Below, in pieces: positions 10,542-21,387 of a DNA stretch of 64,000 bases. Positions within the stretch are counted from its first letter, which is position 1. Each line of letters starts with the position of its first letter. The notes under the pieces were generated by a model. It did no database searches. It was not told the origin of the DNA and saw only the letters and a program-made list of their open reading frames with translations. The position numbers were made by a program, and so were the translations under genes. This DNA comes from Bacteroidota bacterium. GTDB taxonomy: Bacteria; Bacteroidota; Bacteroidia; UKL13-3. Location: the NCBI GenBank assembly GCA_947457395.1, contig CANGVA010000002.1, positions 81,234-145,233 on the forward strand. The letters run 5' to 3'.

Positions 10542-11012
10542 TTAGAACAAGGTATACATTAACTCATCCAGCCTGATTCCAAACCAAGCATAAATGCCAT
10601 ATAGCAAAGTACCCCAAAGCACAAAGGCTGCAAACATATAAACTTTGATGCGCCACTTATTCTTCTCTATCATGCTGGCCAGAATAGTACCAACGGGAAC
10701 TGAAAGAAATACAGGAGTTAATGCCACTATTCCATAAATTTCATATTTATTAATAAAATTAACCAACCAACGCATCCGACTATTTATTTTAATACCATGC
10801 CTTGGTTTAGATGGATAAAATCTGTTCTTCAGCTTCACAATTAATTCCCATAAATAAAGATAAATAAGCACTCCTAAGAAACCGCCCGATGTGGTAGTAA
10901 GTATTGACTCAACATAGTTAAAGCCAAATCCCAGCGCCATAAAAAATCCCAGCATGAATTTAAAACTACTCCATAGCCCAACGGTAAACAATTTTATAAC
11001 TTCAGGTGTCAT
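10542..11012 (-). CDS. Hypothetical membrane protein
   Basis: 156-aa ORF with about 4 hydrophobic segments (KYEIYGIVALTPVFLSVPVG) that fills the gap between its neighbours. Confidence 0.7.
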   Translation of the reverse strand: MTPEVIKLFTVGLWSSFKFMLGFFMALGFGFNYVESILTTTSGGFLGVLIYLYLWELIVKLKNRFYPSKPRHGIKINSRMRWLVNFINKYEIYGIVALTPVFLSVPVGTILASMIEKNKWRIKVYMFAAFVLWGTLLYGIYAWFGIRLDELMYTLF

Positions 11013-11095
11013 TTAAGAGGGTAAAGTTAATATGCTAGTTTGTAAACATAGTAAAATGTAGCGGATAATTTAACCAAACGTATTATCTTGCCTAT

Positions 11096-12223
11096 GTGAT
11101 AAAAAGAATACTGCTACTCCAGATATTTGGCTTGCTGTTAACTGTTCATAAACTACGGGCGCAGGTACAAAATACAGGTATGACAGACCGTCCAGACAGT
11201 GCTGAAATGGGCAAACTGACCATTTCCGGGTATGTAGATGTGTATTACGGTTTTGATTTTAACCAGCCCCAATCGCATGAGCGGGCGTATGCAGTTTCGT
11301 CATCCCGACACAATGAACTCAATATAAATCTTGCTTTCATGGATATCAGATATCAAGGAGATCGTGTAAGGGGTCGTTTTATTCCGGGTATTGGAACTTA
11401 CATCAACTCCAATTATGCCAATGAGCAAGGCACACTTAAAAATCTGGTTGAAGCCTATGCAGGAATTAAACTGACTAAAAATAAAAATATCTGGTTGGAT
11501 GCAGGAGTACTTGGCTCTCCTTTCACCTACGAATCAGCTATCTCAAAAGATCATCTCATGTATTCCCGATCGCTGGCAGCAGAGTATGCACCTTATTATC
11601 TTACCGGCCTACGATTGTCCGTACCAATTAATCATAAAATAACTGCCTATATCTATGTACTCAACGGATGGCAACAAATTAATGATGCAAATAATGAGCC
11701 TTCACTGGGCACACAAGTAGAATATAAAATAAATAATAACTGGCTGGTAAACTGGAATAATTATATTGGTTCTGAACGCTCTGTGGAGCAACCTTTAAAC
11801 CACATGCGATACTTTACTGATTTTTATGTGATTTATAGTCCTGCAAAAAAATTTGGCTTTACCTCCGGTGCTTATATTGGGCTGCAACAAAGAAAGAACC
11901 TGAACAATAATTCACAGAAAAACAATGTATGGGGGCAGGCTAATTTTACTGCACGTTACCAGCTAACCAAGCAAACCATGTTATCGGCAAGAGCAGAGTA
12001 TATGGAAGATATGAACGAAGTGGTATTTGTACCTATAAACACAACCAACAGTTTTAAAACCTATGGCGGCAGCCTGTGCATAACACATAAGGTTTCCGGG
12101 CATGCCATGTTGCGCTTAGAGGGGAGGAATTTCGTTTCGCCTAAAAAAGTATTTGTAAATAGTGAGCAACAACCAACCCGAAGATCAGAGATGGTTGTGG
12201 CGAATATGACCGTATGGTTTTAA
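11096..12223 (+). CDS. Outer-membrane beta-barrel porin (BBP2/OmpL-like)
   Basis: Signal peptide, SGYVDVYYGFDFN, alternating beta strands, C-terminal Phe. Confidence 0.78.
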   Translation: MIKRILLLQIFGLLLTVHKLRAQVQNTGMTDRPDSAEMGKLTISGYVDVYYGFDFNQPQSHERAYAVSSSRHNELNINLAFMDIRYQGDRVRGRFIPGIGTYINSNYANEQGTLKNLVEAYAGIKLTKNKNIWLDAGVLGSPFTYESAISKDHLMYSRSLAAEYAPYYLTGLRLSVPINHKITAYIYVLNGWQQINDANNEPSLGTQVEYKINNNWLVNWNNYIGSERSVEQPLNHMRYFTDFYVIYSPAKKFGFTSGAYIGLQQRKNLNNNSQKNNVWGQANFTARYQLTKQTMLSARAEYMEDMNEVVFVPINTTNSFKTYGGSLCITHKVSGHAMLRLEGRNFVSPKKVFVNSEQQPTRRSEMVVANMTVWF

Positions 12224-12248
12224 AACCTTATTAAGCAAACCGCTCCTG

Positions 12249-13394
12249 CTATTCCTCAGCCATCACATCTTTTTTCATCTCCCCGTCAACCAGTAAACTA
12301 CCTTTACATACCACATGTGTTCCTTCTTTCAATTGTTCAGTTGGTTCAATAAATACTATCTGATCATTACCGCCTTTTACAACAATATCAGCCCTCATAA
12401 AAGTATTATTTGCTTGCTTTATATAAACATACTGGTCTGTACCTTCTCTTATAATAGCGGTCGTTGGAATGGTAAGCTGTTTGCTCTTTGTGCCATTAAA
12501 TGTTGCCTTCAGCGTCATGTCCGGAAGTACATTACCTTTTGGTGTAATAAATACTGCATGCACAACCACGGTTCGTTTTACAGGATCAATACCTCTACCA
12601 ATAAATTCAACTTTACCTTTTGTTTTGGGTAAAGATTGATTCACAAATTCAATATCCACTACCTGCTCTTCAAATACCTGATCAATTTCTTTTTCATACA
12701 CAAAAATATCAGCATGTAGTTTGTCCAGACTAATAATATGAGCCAACTCTGTTGTTGCCGTTGCGCTCATACCAATAGTTGAAGGCAGCGTGAGCAGGTA
12801 TCCGCTAATAGGTGCATAAATTTCCAAGTAAGGGGAAATTTCGCCTTCATCGGCTAGCTTTTTCATGTCCATGTTGAGCATTCGTAAGTTTGCCTCTGCC
12901 GCTCGCATACGGGCTTGTAAACTTTGATGCTTGGTTTTAATTAATTGAAAATCCTTTTCACCAATTACATTTTCTGCCCGCAGTTTTTTCTGACGCTCAA
13001 AATCAGCTTTTATAAAATCAAGTTCGCTGCGGGTCGTTAAAAATGTTTCTTGCAGCTGAATAAATTCATTACTGCTAATGGTGAGCAGTAATTGACCCTT
13101 TTGTATTTTTTGTCCTTCCAGCACCATGATTTTTTCAACGGTTCCATTGATGCGCGGAGTAACGGATGATTGGTATTGGGAGAGGATTACAACTTTTCCA
13201 GGAGAACTTATTGTGGTATTAACCTCATTCATTTTCACCGGGCAACTTTCAATTCCCAGTAATTGTAAACGATTCTCTTCAATGGTAATTTGTGGTGCAA
13301 CAGAATCTGTTTGATTCGTCTTAACAGGCTTTTCAGCATTATTACAGGCCGCCAAAAAGATGATGATGGTTGCTATATAAATTATATTTTTCAT
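12249..13394 (-). CDS. RND efflux periplasmic adaptor lipoprotein (CzcB/CusB-like)
   Basis: Lipobox LAAC, barrel-sandwich and hairpin pattern, IYAPISG. Overlaps the stop of the CzcA-like gene. Confidence 0.9.
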   Translation of the reverse strand: MKNIIYIATIIIFLAACNNAEKPVKTNQTDSVAPQITIEENRLQLLGIESCPVKMNEVNTTISSPGKVVILSQYQSSVTPRINGTVEKIMVLEGQKIQKGQLLLTISSNEFIQLQETFLTTRSELDFIKADFERQKKLRAENVIGEKDFQLIKTKHQSLQARMRAAEANLRMLNMDMKKLADEGEISPYLEIYAPISGYLLTLPSTIGMSATATTELAHIISLDKLHADIFVYEKEIDQVFEEQVVDIEFVNQSLPKTKGKVEFIGRGIDPVKRTVVVHAVFITPKGNVLPDMTLKATFNGTKSKQLTIPTTAIIREGTDQYVYIKQANNTFMRADIVVKGGNDQIVFIEPTEQLKEGTHVVCKGSLLVDGEMKKDVMAEE

Positions 13395-16300
13395 TTTACT
13401 ATTGCTTTTAAAAATTCTAATTGATAAACGGACTGGTTATAGTTTTTAAGTGCATCCAGATAGGCCAGTCTTATTCTGCCAGCACGCTCCATTCCGGTTG
13501 CATATGCAGCAAACCCGATTTCGCCTCCTGCCAGACTTTTAACTGCTGTGCGTCTTAACTCATCTGATTGCTTAAGACCGACTGTTTCATAATACAATAA
13601 AGTTTTTTCCGCAGCCTGCAATTCATTTAATGCCTGATCCAACTCTGCACGTTGCTTCATCAATAAATAATCTCTTTCAAAACGATTCTTCTCCAATCTT
13701 GCTTTGGTTTCCTTTATTTTACCTGTATAGCCCCAGAAAAAAACCGGTACGCGCACACCAAACTGCCAACGGTAAGTATCAGGAACCTCGCCATCACCCT
13801 GATTAAAATAACCAAAGGATAAACCAGGTGCCAGGCGCCAACGCGCAGTGCTTAGCTCATATTGATTGGCTTTAATAATGGCATCCTGAATTTTTATAAC
13901 CGGGTGATTTGCATGGCTGTCGGCAGATATCAATGTGTCGGCATTTGCCTTAGATAGTTTTTGGATTGGGATACCAAATTCTTGCATTCCTGTTATGGAT
14001 TGTAGGCGCAGTCGTGCATTTTTTAGGCGTGTTTCAGCAACAATTAAATCCTGATGAACAATGGCGTATGCTGCTTCGGCATTCATCCTTTCAAGCAAAG
14101 CGATATCACCACTCTCATACCTTTTTGTAGCTGCTGCATTTACCATAGCAAACAAGCTGTCTTGCAATTGCAAATCTTGCAAACGCTCATACTCAAACAG
14201 CCAATTGCTGTAAGCTTCTTTTACAGCTCTTACAAGCATTATTTCAGATAGCCTTTGTTGTATTTCAGCAGCCTGCACAAACGCACCTGCTACTTTTATT
14301 TGTTTGGCATAAACAACAGGGAAATCTATTGTTTGAAGAACAGATGGGCGATAGTCCTTGCCTGTTGGAGACTGTATCAATACATCTAATGCCGGGGGAT
14401 TAAATGCGCCTGCTCTATAGCCCTTTTGCTCTTCTATAAATTTAGCTGCAGCCTTCATAGATGGATGGTATTTGAGTGCTTGCTGTACACAAACCTCCAT
14501 GGTTGGACCATCATTTTGTGCCTGCATGGAAAAGGGTAGCACCAGTGCAGCCAGCCATAAATATGATGCAGGCCTTACATAGCTTTTCTTATGATGGGTA
14601 ATGTAATAAAGCACAGGCAACACCAGCAAGGTTAATAAAGTAGAAGTAATTAGGCCTCCAACAACAACTGTTGCCAGCGGCTTTTGCACTTCGGCACCGG
14701 CACCATGAGATAAGGCCATTGGTAAAAAACCCAGTGAGGCTACAAGGGCGGTCATAATAACCGGTCGAAAACGTTCATCCAGCGCCTTGTGTATGCGTGC
14801 AAGTACATCATCATAACCTTCTTTTTGTAGTTGATTTAAATAACCAATAAGCACAATTCCATTCAGCACCGCAACTCCAAAAAGTGCAATAAATCCCACA
14901 CCGGCCGAAATACTAAAAGGCATATCACGCAGCCACAGCGAAACCACTCCTCCTACTGCTGCCAGCGGAATAGCTGAGAAAATAAGTAAACATTGTTTGA
15001 ATGAATGGAAGCTCAGGTATAGTAAAAAGAAAATAACCAATAGCGCAATGGGTAACACAATGCTAAGTCTTTTACTTGCATGCGCCAGGTTTTCAAACTG
15101 ACCCCCATAATGTAAACTATAGCCGGCTGGTAATTGTACCTGTGTAGTTACCTTACGTTGTAATTCATGTACAATACCCGCTACATCTCTTCCCCGTGCA
15201 TTAAAACCTATATTTATTCTACGCTTGGTATTATCTCTTGCAATTTCAGTCGGCCCATTTTTAATTGCTATGGTTGCTACCTCTTTAAGTGGTATTTGCT
15301 CACCACTCTGTGTAATAATCATTAAATCATTCAGGCTCTCTATTCTGCTACGATAAGGCTCCGCAAAACGCACAACTAAATCAAACCTGCGATCTTCTTC
15401 AAATATCACTCCTGCTTTTTTACCTGCATATGAAGTTTGAATAACATCATTAACCTGCTGCACGGTAATACCATAATTGGCTAGTTGAGGCCTGTTATAT
15501 TCAATCTGTATTTGCGGTAAGCCTTCAACCTTCTGCACCTGCACATCTCCTGTACCATCAATTCGCAATGCAATTGCAGCAATTTCATCTGCCTTTTTTG
15601 TAAGGGTAGATAAATCATTGCCATACAGTTTAACCACCACATCGGTTTTAGCAGATGTCATCAATTCATTAAACCGCATTTGTATTGGCTGTTGTAGCGA
15701 AAACATAACTCCCGGAAACTGACTTAAGGCATTAGCCAGCAGCATATCTAATTCTTCCTTATTAGATGCCCGCTTCCATTCATCCCTATCTTTTAGTACC
15801 ACAATTACATCCATAGCCTCTAGCGGCATGGGGTCTGTTGGTATCTCTGATGTGCCAATTTTAGACACACATTTCTTTATTTCATTCGGAAAACTGTCAA
15901 GTAGCAGCTTTTCAACCTGCTTTGCAACTGCAAGAGATTGTGTTAGTGAAACGCCTGGAAGCATTCTTGTTTCTATTGCATAGTCACCTTCATTTAATTC
16001 GGGTATAAACTCCCCTCCCAGCTGCGTAAACAATAACCATGCACCGGTTAAAAGAACAAGCGAAGAAATCATTACTATTCGGGTATGCTGCAAAACCCAG
16101 TTCAAAGCAGGATGATAGATTGTTTTTAATCGATGTATGATACGATCTGCAAAGGTTTCTTTCTCCTGTATGTTTCTGCTAAGCACCCATGCACTCATCA
16201 TGGGTACATAGGTTAAGCATAAAATAAAAGCTCCTGCTATGGCAAAAATAACAGTAAGGGCCATGGGCTTAAACATTTTTCCCTCAATGCCTGCAAGCGC

Positions 16301-17695
16301 CAAAATGGGTATGTAAACAATAAGGATAATAAACTGTCCGAATGAAGCACTACTCATAATTTCCCTGGCTCCGGCAAATACTGTTTGTTCAAATTGTTCT
16401 GTAGTGAGTGTGGCTTTTGTTTCCTTTACTTTTTCAGAGAGCTTGCGTACTACAATCTCAACAATAATAACAGCACCATCTACAATTAATCCAAAATCAA
16501 TTGCGCCCAAACTCATCAAATTACCGCTTACGCCAAACAATACCATCATACACAATGCAAAAAGCATTGAGAGCGGAATAACAGATGCAACAATTAAGCC
16601 TGCTCTAAAATTACCCAGCAGCAATACCAACACGAAAATTACAATGAGTCCACCTTCAATTAAGTTTTTAGAAACTGTATGAATGGCTCTTGATACCAGC
16701 GCTTCTCTGTCAAGAAACGGCTCAATGCGCACGCCTTTAGGTAAAGACTTTTGTATCTCAGCTATTTTTTCTTTCACACGTTTAATTACCTGCGAGGAGT
16801 TTTCGCCTTTAAGCATCAGTAAAATGCCCCCGGCTACTTCGCCCTTACCATTCATGCTCATGGCGCCATAACGTATGCTGCTGCCATCTTCTACAGTGGC
16901 CACATCTTTAACCAACACCGGCACGCCCTGTGCATTATGTATAACCGTTTGTTCAACATCATTTTTACCGGCTACCATTCCCAAACCGCGTATAAAAAAT
17001 ACTTTATCAGCTTTTTCAAGGTAGGCGGCACCGGTATTACTACTACTTTTTTCCAATGCAGCAAATAATTCATCCAATGTTACACCGGTTGATTTGAGTA
17101 ACTCCGGATTCACTTTCACTTCATACTGCTTAAGATAGCCACCAAAACTGCTTACATCTGCAACACCGGGCACACGGAGCAATTCCCTTCGTACATTCCA
17201 ATCCTGAAGCGTGCGCAAATCCATGAGATTATATTTGTTTTCAAAACCGGGATCAACACTGAGTGTGTATTGAAATATTTCACTGAGGCCCGTGCTTACC
17301 GGTGCCAATGAGGGAGACCCCATTCCTGAAGGAATTAGTTCCTTTGCATCTGTTAAACGCTCTGATACCTGTGCACGTGCCCAATACACATCCACATCAT
17401 CATTAAACACGAGTGTGATAACAGACAATCCGAATCGTGAGATAGAACGTGTCTCAACCAAGCCCTGTATATTGGCTGTAGCCAACTCAAGCGGTGCAGT
17501 GATGTATTGTTCTATTTCAAGCGGTGCCAGGTTTGGACTTTGTGTAATTACCTGCACCTGATTATTGGTTATATCCGGAACAGCATCAATAGGTAAACGT
17601 GTAAGTGAGTAAATACCGGAGCCAATTAAGGCAACTATCATTACTCCTACCAGCAACTTCTGCTTGATGCTGAACGCTATGATACGCTCAAGCAT
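13391..17695 (-). CDS. czcA: CzcA/CusA heavy-metal RND transporter fused to a C-terminal TolC-like outer-membrane factor
   Basis: LPIDAVPDITN, LMSLGAIDFGLIVDGAV, GFIALFGVAVLNG, RPVIMTALVA in the first ~1040 aa, then ~400 aa of helical OMF-like sequence. Confidence 0.92.
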   Translation of the reverse strand: MLERIIAFSIKQKLLVGVMIVALIGSGIYSLTRLPIDAVPDITNNQVQVITQSPNLAPLEIEQYITAPLELATANIQGLVETRSISRFGLSVITLVFNDDVDVYWARAQVSERLTDAKELIPSGMGSPSLAPVSTGLSEIFQYTLSVDPGFENKYNLMDLRTLQDWNVRRELLRVPGVADVSSFGGYLKQYEVKVNPELLKSTGVTLDELFAALEKSSSNTGAAYLEKADKVFFIRGLGMVAGKNDVEQTVIHNAQGVPVLVKDVATVEDGSSIRYGAMSMNGKGEVAGGILLMLKGENSSQVIKRVKEKIAEIQKSLPKGVRIEPFLDREALVSRAIHTVSKNLIEGGLIVIFVLVLLLGNFRAGLIVASVIPLSMLFALCMMVLFGVSGNLMSLGAIDFGLIVDGAVIIVEIVVRKLSEKVKETKATLTTEQFEQTVFAGAREIMSSASFGQFIILIVYIPILALAGIEGKMFKPMALTVIFAIAGAFILCLTYVPMMSAWVLSRNIQEKETFADRIIHRLKTIYHPALNWVLQHTRIVMISSLVLLTGAWLLFTQLGGEFIPELNEGDYAIETRMLPGVSLTQSLAVAKQVEKLLLDSFPNEIKKCVSKIGTSEIPTDPMPLEAMDVIVVLKDRDEWKRASNKEELDMLLANALSQFPGVMFSLQQPIQMRFNELMTSAKTDVVVKLYGNDLSTLTKKADEIAAIALRIDGTGDVQVQKVEGLPQIQIEYNRPQLANYGITVQQVNDVIQTSYAGKKAGVIFEEDRRFDLVVRFAEPYRSRIESLNDLMIITQSGEQIPLKEVATIAIKNGPTEIARDNTKRRINIGFNARGRDVAGIVHELQRKVTTQVQLPAGYSLHYGGQFENLAHASKRLSIVLPIALLVIFFLLYLSFHSFKQCLLIFSAIPLAAVGGVVSLWLRDMPFSISAGVGFIALFGVAVLNGIVLIGYLNQLQKEGYDDVLARIHKALDERFRPVIMTALVASLGFLPMALSHGAGAEVQKPLATVVVGGLITSTLLTLLVLPVLYYITHHKKSYVRPASYLWLAALVLPFSMQAQNDGPTMEVCVQQALKYHPSMKAAAKFIEEQKGYRAGAFNPPALDVLIQSPTGKDYRPSVLQTIDFPVVYAKQIKVAGAFVQAAEIQQRLSEIMLVRAVKEAYSNWLFEYERLQDLQLQDSLFAMVNAAATKRYESGDIALLERMNAEAAYAIVHQDLIVAETRLKNARLRLQSITGMQEFGIPIQKLSKANADTLISADSHANHPVIKIQDAIIKANQYELSTARWRLAPGLSFGYFNQGDGEVPDTYRWQFGVRVPVFFWGYTGKIKETKARLEKNRFERDYLLMKQRAELDQALNELQAAEKTLLYYETVGLKQSDELRRTAVKSLAGGEIGFAAYATGMERAGRIRLAYLDALKNYNQSVYQLEFLKAIVK

Positions 17696-17727
17696 AATTA
17701 AAATTTTAAATTAATGATGATAAAACA

Positions 17728-17745
17728 GCAGATTGAATTATCTGC
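17728..17745 (-). terminator. Hairpin followed by a U-rich tail between the leader ORF and czcA (possible attenuator)
   Basis: Minus strand reads GCAGAT-aattca-ATCTGC then TGTTTTA. Confidence 0.4.
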
Positions 17746-17765
17746 AGAAAAAGTGCAAACTGGTT

Positions 17766-18143
17766 TTATGCACGCGGAGGCTGAAATATGCCTTTATCAT
17801 GCAACACATCGTAAGATTGTGGCTGATAAGGTTGAATGGCTGAGGTAATCAGCACACCTTGAGGTTCATTAAAATAAACTTCCTGATGAACAAAAAACTG
17901 ACAACCGCAATGGTGAGCAAATAAAGGAAGGTCTTCATGGTTTTCCTGATTGCGGTGTTCTGAGTTTCCATAGTGCATGAGCAGAAACTCGGCAAACGAA
18001 AGCGATTGGTTTTCCTCCTGCGTATGATGAAAATAATGCTGAACCAATACTGGAATTTTATTTAATTCCTGCAGGCTTTGCTCCGGCAATAAGCCTGCCA
18101 ACAAAAAATGTAGACCCAAAAGATATGTAAGCAATTGTTTCAA
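17766..18143 (-). CDS. His/Cys-rich small protein with N-terminal hydrophobic segment; candidate regulatory leader ORF of the czc operon
   Basis: HYFHH, MHY, HHCGC and C-terminal IFQPPRA. TTG start at 18143 is supported by TACTTTTG on the minus strand at 18151-18158. Confidence 0.72.
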   Translation of the reverse strand: MKQLLTYLLGLHFLLAGLLPEQSLQELNKIPVLVQHYFHHTQEENQSLSFAEFLLMHYGNSEHRNQENHEDLPLFAHHCGCQFFVHQEVYFNEPQGVLITSAIQPYQPQSYDVLHDKGIFQPPRA

Positions 18144-18287
18144 GCAATAACAAAAGTAGCTTTTACAATTGGAAAATAAAAAGAGGTGGGTGCATTCTGC
18201 TAGCAAAGGTGGTTTCAACAACCGCAACAGCCTTCATATTCTTTTAGGTATGATAAAGATTTCCCAGAAGGGCTCAAAAGCATTTAT

Positions 18288-18626
18288 TTAACCCACCAAC
18301 ACATCCCAATATTCTGCTGCCCTGCGGGTATGCGGAATGACAATGGTGCCACCAACAATATTGGCTACAGCAAAAATTTCATACACCTGCGGTGTGCTTA
18401 CTCCCAACTCATAACACTTACCCAAATGGTATTTTATACAATCATCACAACGCAATACCATAGAGGCTACCAACCCTAGCATTTCTTTGGTAACAGCCGG
18501 CAATGCGCCATCCTCATAAGTATTGGTGTCTAAATTAAATAGTCTTTTTAATACCAGGTTATCTGCACCCATTAATCGTTCATTCATTTTTGAACGATAC
18601 GCGTTAAACTCTTCTACAGCATTCAT
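18288..18626 (-). CDS. Carboxymuconolactone decarboxylase/AhpD family protein
   Basis: GALP..TKEMLGL, LRCDDCIKYH. Confidence 0.88.
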   Translation of the reverse strand: MNAVEEFNAYRSKMNERLMGADNLVLKRLFNLDTNTYEDGALPAVTKEMLGLVASMVLRCDDCIKYHLGKCYELGVSTPQVYEIFAVANIVGGTIVIPHTRRAAEYWDVLVG

Positions 18627-18629
18627 GTA

Positions 18630-21353
18630 TCATGGTTTTATCAGTCGAATATAGGAATTATCTATTTGCAATACATACATGCCTGCAAGTAGTTCAGTGG
18701 TTCCAATTTCATTCAACCCTGCTTGCACTTGTCCGCTTTTGCAAATTCTGCCTGTTATATCGGTCAGCACCCACCTGCTTGCTCCACCTGCCTGCACAAA
18801 TATGCTTGCTACGAAAGGATTGGGGTATACCTGAATCTGGTTTTCCTGTAAGGCAACAGGGACGCTGGTAAACGTAACGACAAATTTATTGGATACGGCT
18901 AAGCAACCATTACTATCAGAAACCACTACATACAAACCATCCTGTGCAGGTATAATCTGTTTGGCCGTATCAGGCAATGGTGTAATGCCCAAATACCAAG
19001 TAATACGGTTATTACCCGTTATGGCCTGCAGGTATGGTCCATTACGCACAACAATAGGCTTCACAGGCGATGGCCTTTCTTTTATAACCAAAGGAGCAGT
19101 CATGCTGTCGCACCCAAACATATCGGTTACCTGCAAGCGTATACTGTCTCTTGCCTTGGCGTAATAGTTATTTCCTGTAGTTTGCAGTTGGCCATTCAAC
19201 AACCATTGATATGTTATTGCCTGTGTAGAAGATGCAAAAAGTGGCATACTATCATAAGCACAAATTTCGGGCACCTGACTATAGGTAATGGCAGCATCCG
19301 GTTTCTCTTTTACACGAACAATGAAATTTGCCGATGCAATGCAGCCTGAATCAGAAACTACCTGCTGCATAATTTGGTAAATACCCGGTCTTGTAAAAGT
19401 TTTAATGAGGGTATCGGTTTGCCGCTGTGTACCATCACTCATCAGCCACGTATTTATTAAATTGCCTTTAGAAATGGTTGAGCGATTGATAAATGTAAAC
19501 AAGTTTTTGCCTGCACACTGCAACATATTAGAGTCTGTGATGGCAATTGCCTGAGGCGCCTCTTTTAAAGTGAGGATGGTTTGATTTGATGCAATACATC
19601 CGGCTTGCGAAACGGTTAGTCCAAAAATACCTTCATCACGTGCAATAATAAATGTATCAATACTTGCAGGTTGATTTCCATAGGTCCACTGATAACTTCT
19701 GTTACTTCGTTTAGATGTTCTTAGTATCATTGAGTCATTGGGACATAATGAACTTGCCTGCTTAAAGATTTGCGCTGCAGGTGCAATACTCCATCTAATT
19801 GCAAAGCCACTATCGCCTGCTGTGGTGGCACCTGCTCCGGTTCTCATACGCATAAAGGCCCTTCCTTCAGGGATTTTAATTATTTTTTGCATCGGTGTTA
19901 AATTGCCACCGCTGTATCGGGCAATAATGGGTCCTGTTTTGGATGTACCACTTCTAATCTCCAGGGTATCCAAATCTCTTATTCTAAACTGATCAATATG
20001 CAGAAACAGGGTATCTGCGCATGTTTCAGGATTAATTACAAATCCTGCATTACACTGGCCAATCTGACCTATCTGATAATTGGATCCCGAACCACCTACA
20101 TCGGTTACCATTCCAACGTTCTCATTGGTAAAAGAATCGGTGCCATTACACATAAAAAATGATGGCAATATATTAATGTATTGCGGTTTGCATATGGTAT
20201 CAAATCCTTTATCGTTCCAGGCAATCAGGCAAATATCATACAACCCCGGATCAAAGGTATTAAGAATGGGGTGCTGCGCATTTACCGATGGTGTAAATAC
20301 ATTGGGAAATTGGCCGCAGGTAACACAGGGCGGGTTAATGCTCCATTCCCAGCCAAATGCACCAAACAAGCTTGAATCATAAAAAAATATCTGATCAAAA
20401 ATACCTGAAGAGCGGGTAGAAGCAAAAAAGTTGGCCTGAGGTTTTCTGCGGGTGGTATCAGCATAAATATATTTAACAGCGCTCGCTGTATCGCCCAGAT
20501 AACCGCGATTAACCAATGTAATTTTATATAAACCTTGCTGGGTAAGTGTAGTAGCAATACTGGTTGATAGCGTATCGGTAAAACAACCAAAAGTATTACA
20601 CAGCGTATTACCTGTTGATGGTTCAACCCTCCAGTAAAATCGCATAGCATTTTCGCTTTGAGAATTTATTGTTGCAGACCTGTTTATATAGACCGTATCC
20701 GGTGCTATAATGCGTGCTACCGGAGGCAAAGGTAAACTCATGGTTAAGCGAATATTGGGCCTGTTGGTTGAACGAGTAACGGCCGTGCGGGCACATACGC
20801 CTGAAGCATCATCTCTAATGTAAATACTGCTACCAAATGAAGTAGTAGAAAAAAAAGTTTGTGCGTTGGTTGTATAATTACTGTTGTTAAAACATACCTC
20901 TACTAGAATATTGGATGTGCCATTCCAGATAAATGGGGCTTGAAAATTGTGCATATTCCAGCCAGCTGCCGTAGGTATAGCCGTTGGACCAAAAACAGTT
21001 GTAGTTCCTGTTTCAAATGCAAAACCAGTTGTTGGAAAACTAGTAAGTGTAGTTTGCTTTAATTTAATCTGAAAATCGACAAGCGCTCCACTAATGGGAG
21101 CAAAAACATTAAAACCAAGTGCTGTTATAATACGCTGACCCGTTGCTCCCAATGCCTGCAATTCACTTGCACGGATTAGAAACTGATGCCTGGCTCCCCA
21201 ATAAAAATTTCCGTATGGTGCAGGGTAACCTGTAGTTGTATTATAAGAAGTTCCTGTACCCAATGTAAATTGAACAGGCTGTGCCCACCCCTTATGTGCT
21301 TGCCAAATAAACAATAACAGAATAAATATGGCTTTAATTTTAATCCGGTGCAT
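18630..21353 (-). CDS. Secreted surface protein with PKD, CUB-like and Ig-like domains and a T9SS type A C-terminal domain
   Basis: Signal peptide ending WA|Q. PKD-like segments (PQANF, W.W, PGLYDICL). C-terminal IQVYPNPF...LLAGMYVLQI. Start moved to the ATG at 21353. Confidence 0.85.
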   Translation of the reverse strand: MHRIKIKAIFILLLFIWQAHKGWAQPVQFTLGTGTSYNTTTGYPAPYGNFYWGARHQFLIRASELQALGATGQRIITALGFNVFAPISGALVDFQIKLKQTTLTSFPTTGFAFETGTTTVFGPTAIPTAAGWNMHNFQAPFIWNGTSNILVEVCFNNSNYTTNAQTFFSTTSFGSSIYIRDDASGVCARTAVTRSTNRPNIRLTMSLPLPPVARIIAPDTVYINRSATINSQSENAMRFYWRVEPSTGNTLCNTFGCFTDTLSTSIATTLTQQGLYKITLVNRGYLGDTASAVKYIYADTTRRKPQANFFASTRSSGIFDQIFFYDSSLFGAFGWEWSINPPCVTCGQFPNVFTPSVNAQHPILNTFDPGLYDICLIAWNDKGFDTICKPQYINILPSFFMCNGTDSFTNENVGMVTDVGGSGSNYQIGQIGQCNAGFVINPETCADTLFLHIDQFRIRDLDTLEIRSGTSKTGPIIARYSGGNLTPMQKIIKIPEGRAFMRMRTGAGATTAGDSGFAIRWSIAPAAQIFKQASSLCPNDSMILRTSKRSNRSYQWTYGNQPASIDTFIIARDEGIFGLTVSQAGCIASNQTILTLKEAPQAIAITDSNMLQCAGKNLFTFINRSTISKGNLINTWLMSDGTQRQTDTLIKTFTRPGIYQIMQQVVSDSGCIASANFIVRVKEKPDAAITYSQVPEICAYDSMPLFASSTQAITYQWLLNGQLQTTGNNYYAKARDSIRLQVTDMFGCDSMTAPLVIKERPSPVKPIVVRNGPYLQAITGNNRITWYLGITPLPDTAKQIIPAQDGLYVVVSDSNGCLAVSNKFVVTFTSVPVALQENQIQVYPNPFVASIFVQAGGASRWVLTDITGRICKSGQVQAGLNEIGTTELLAGMYVLQIDNSYIRLIKP

Positions 21354-21387
21354 TTGTATTTGGAATTTGGCAGGCTTAATAAACCAA

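Noticed and set aside
13391..17695. CzcA-TolC fusion as a novelty or frameshift artefact
   Set aside because: It is one continuous ORF, and this fusion is a familiar architecture in Bacteroidota.
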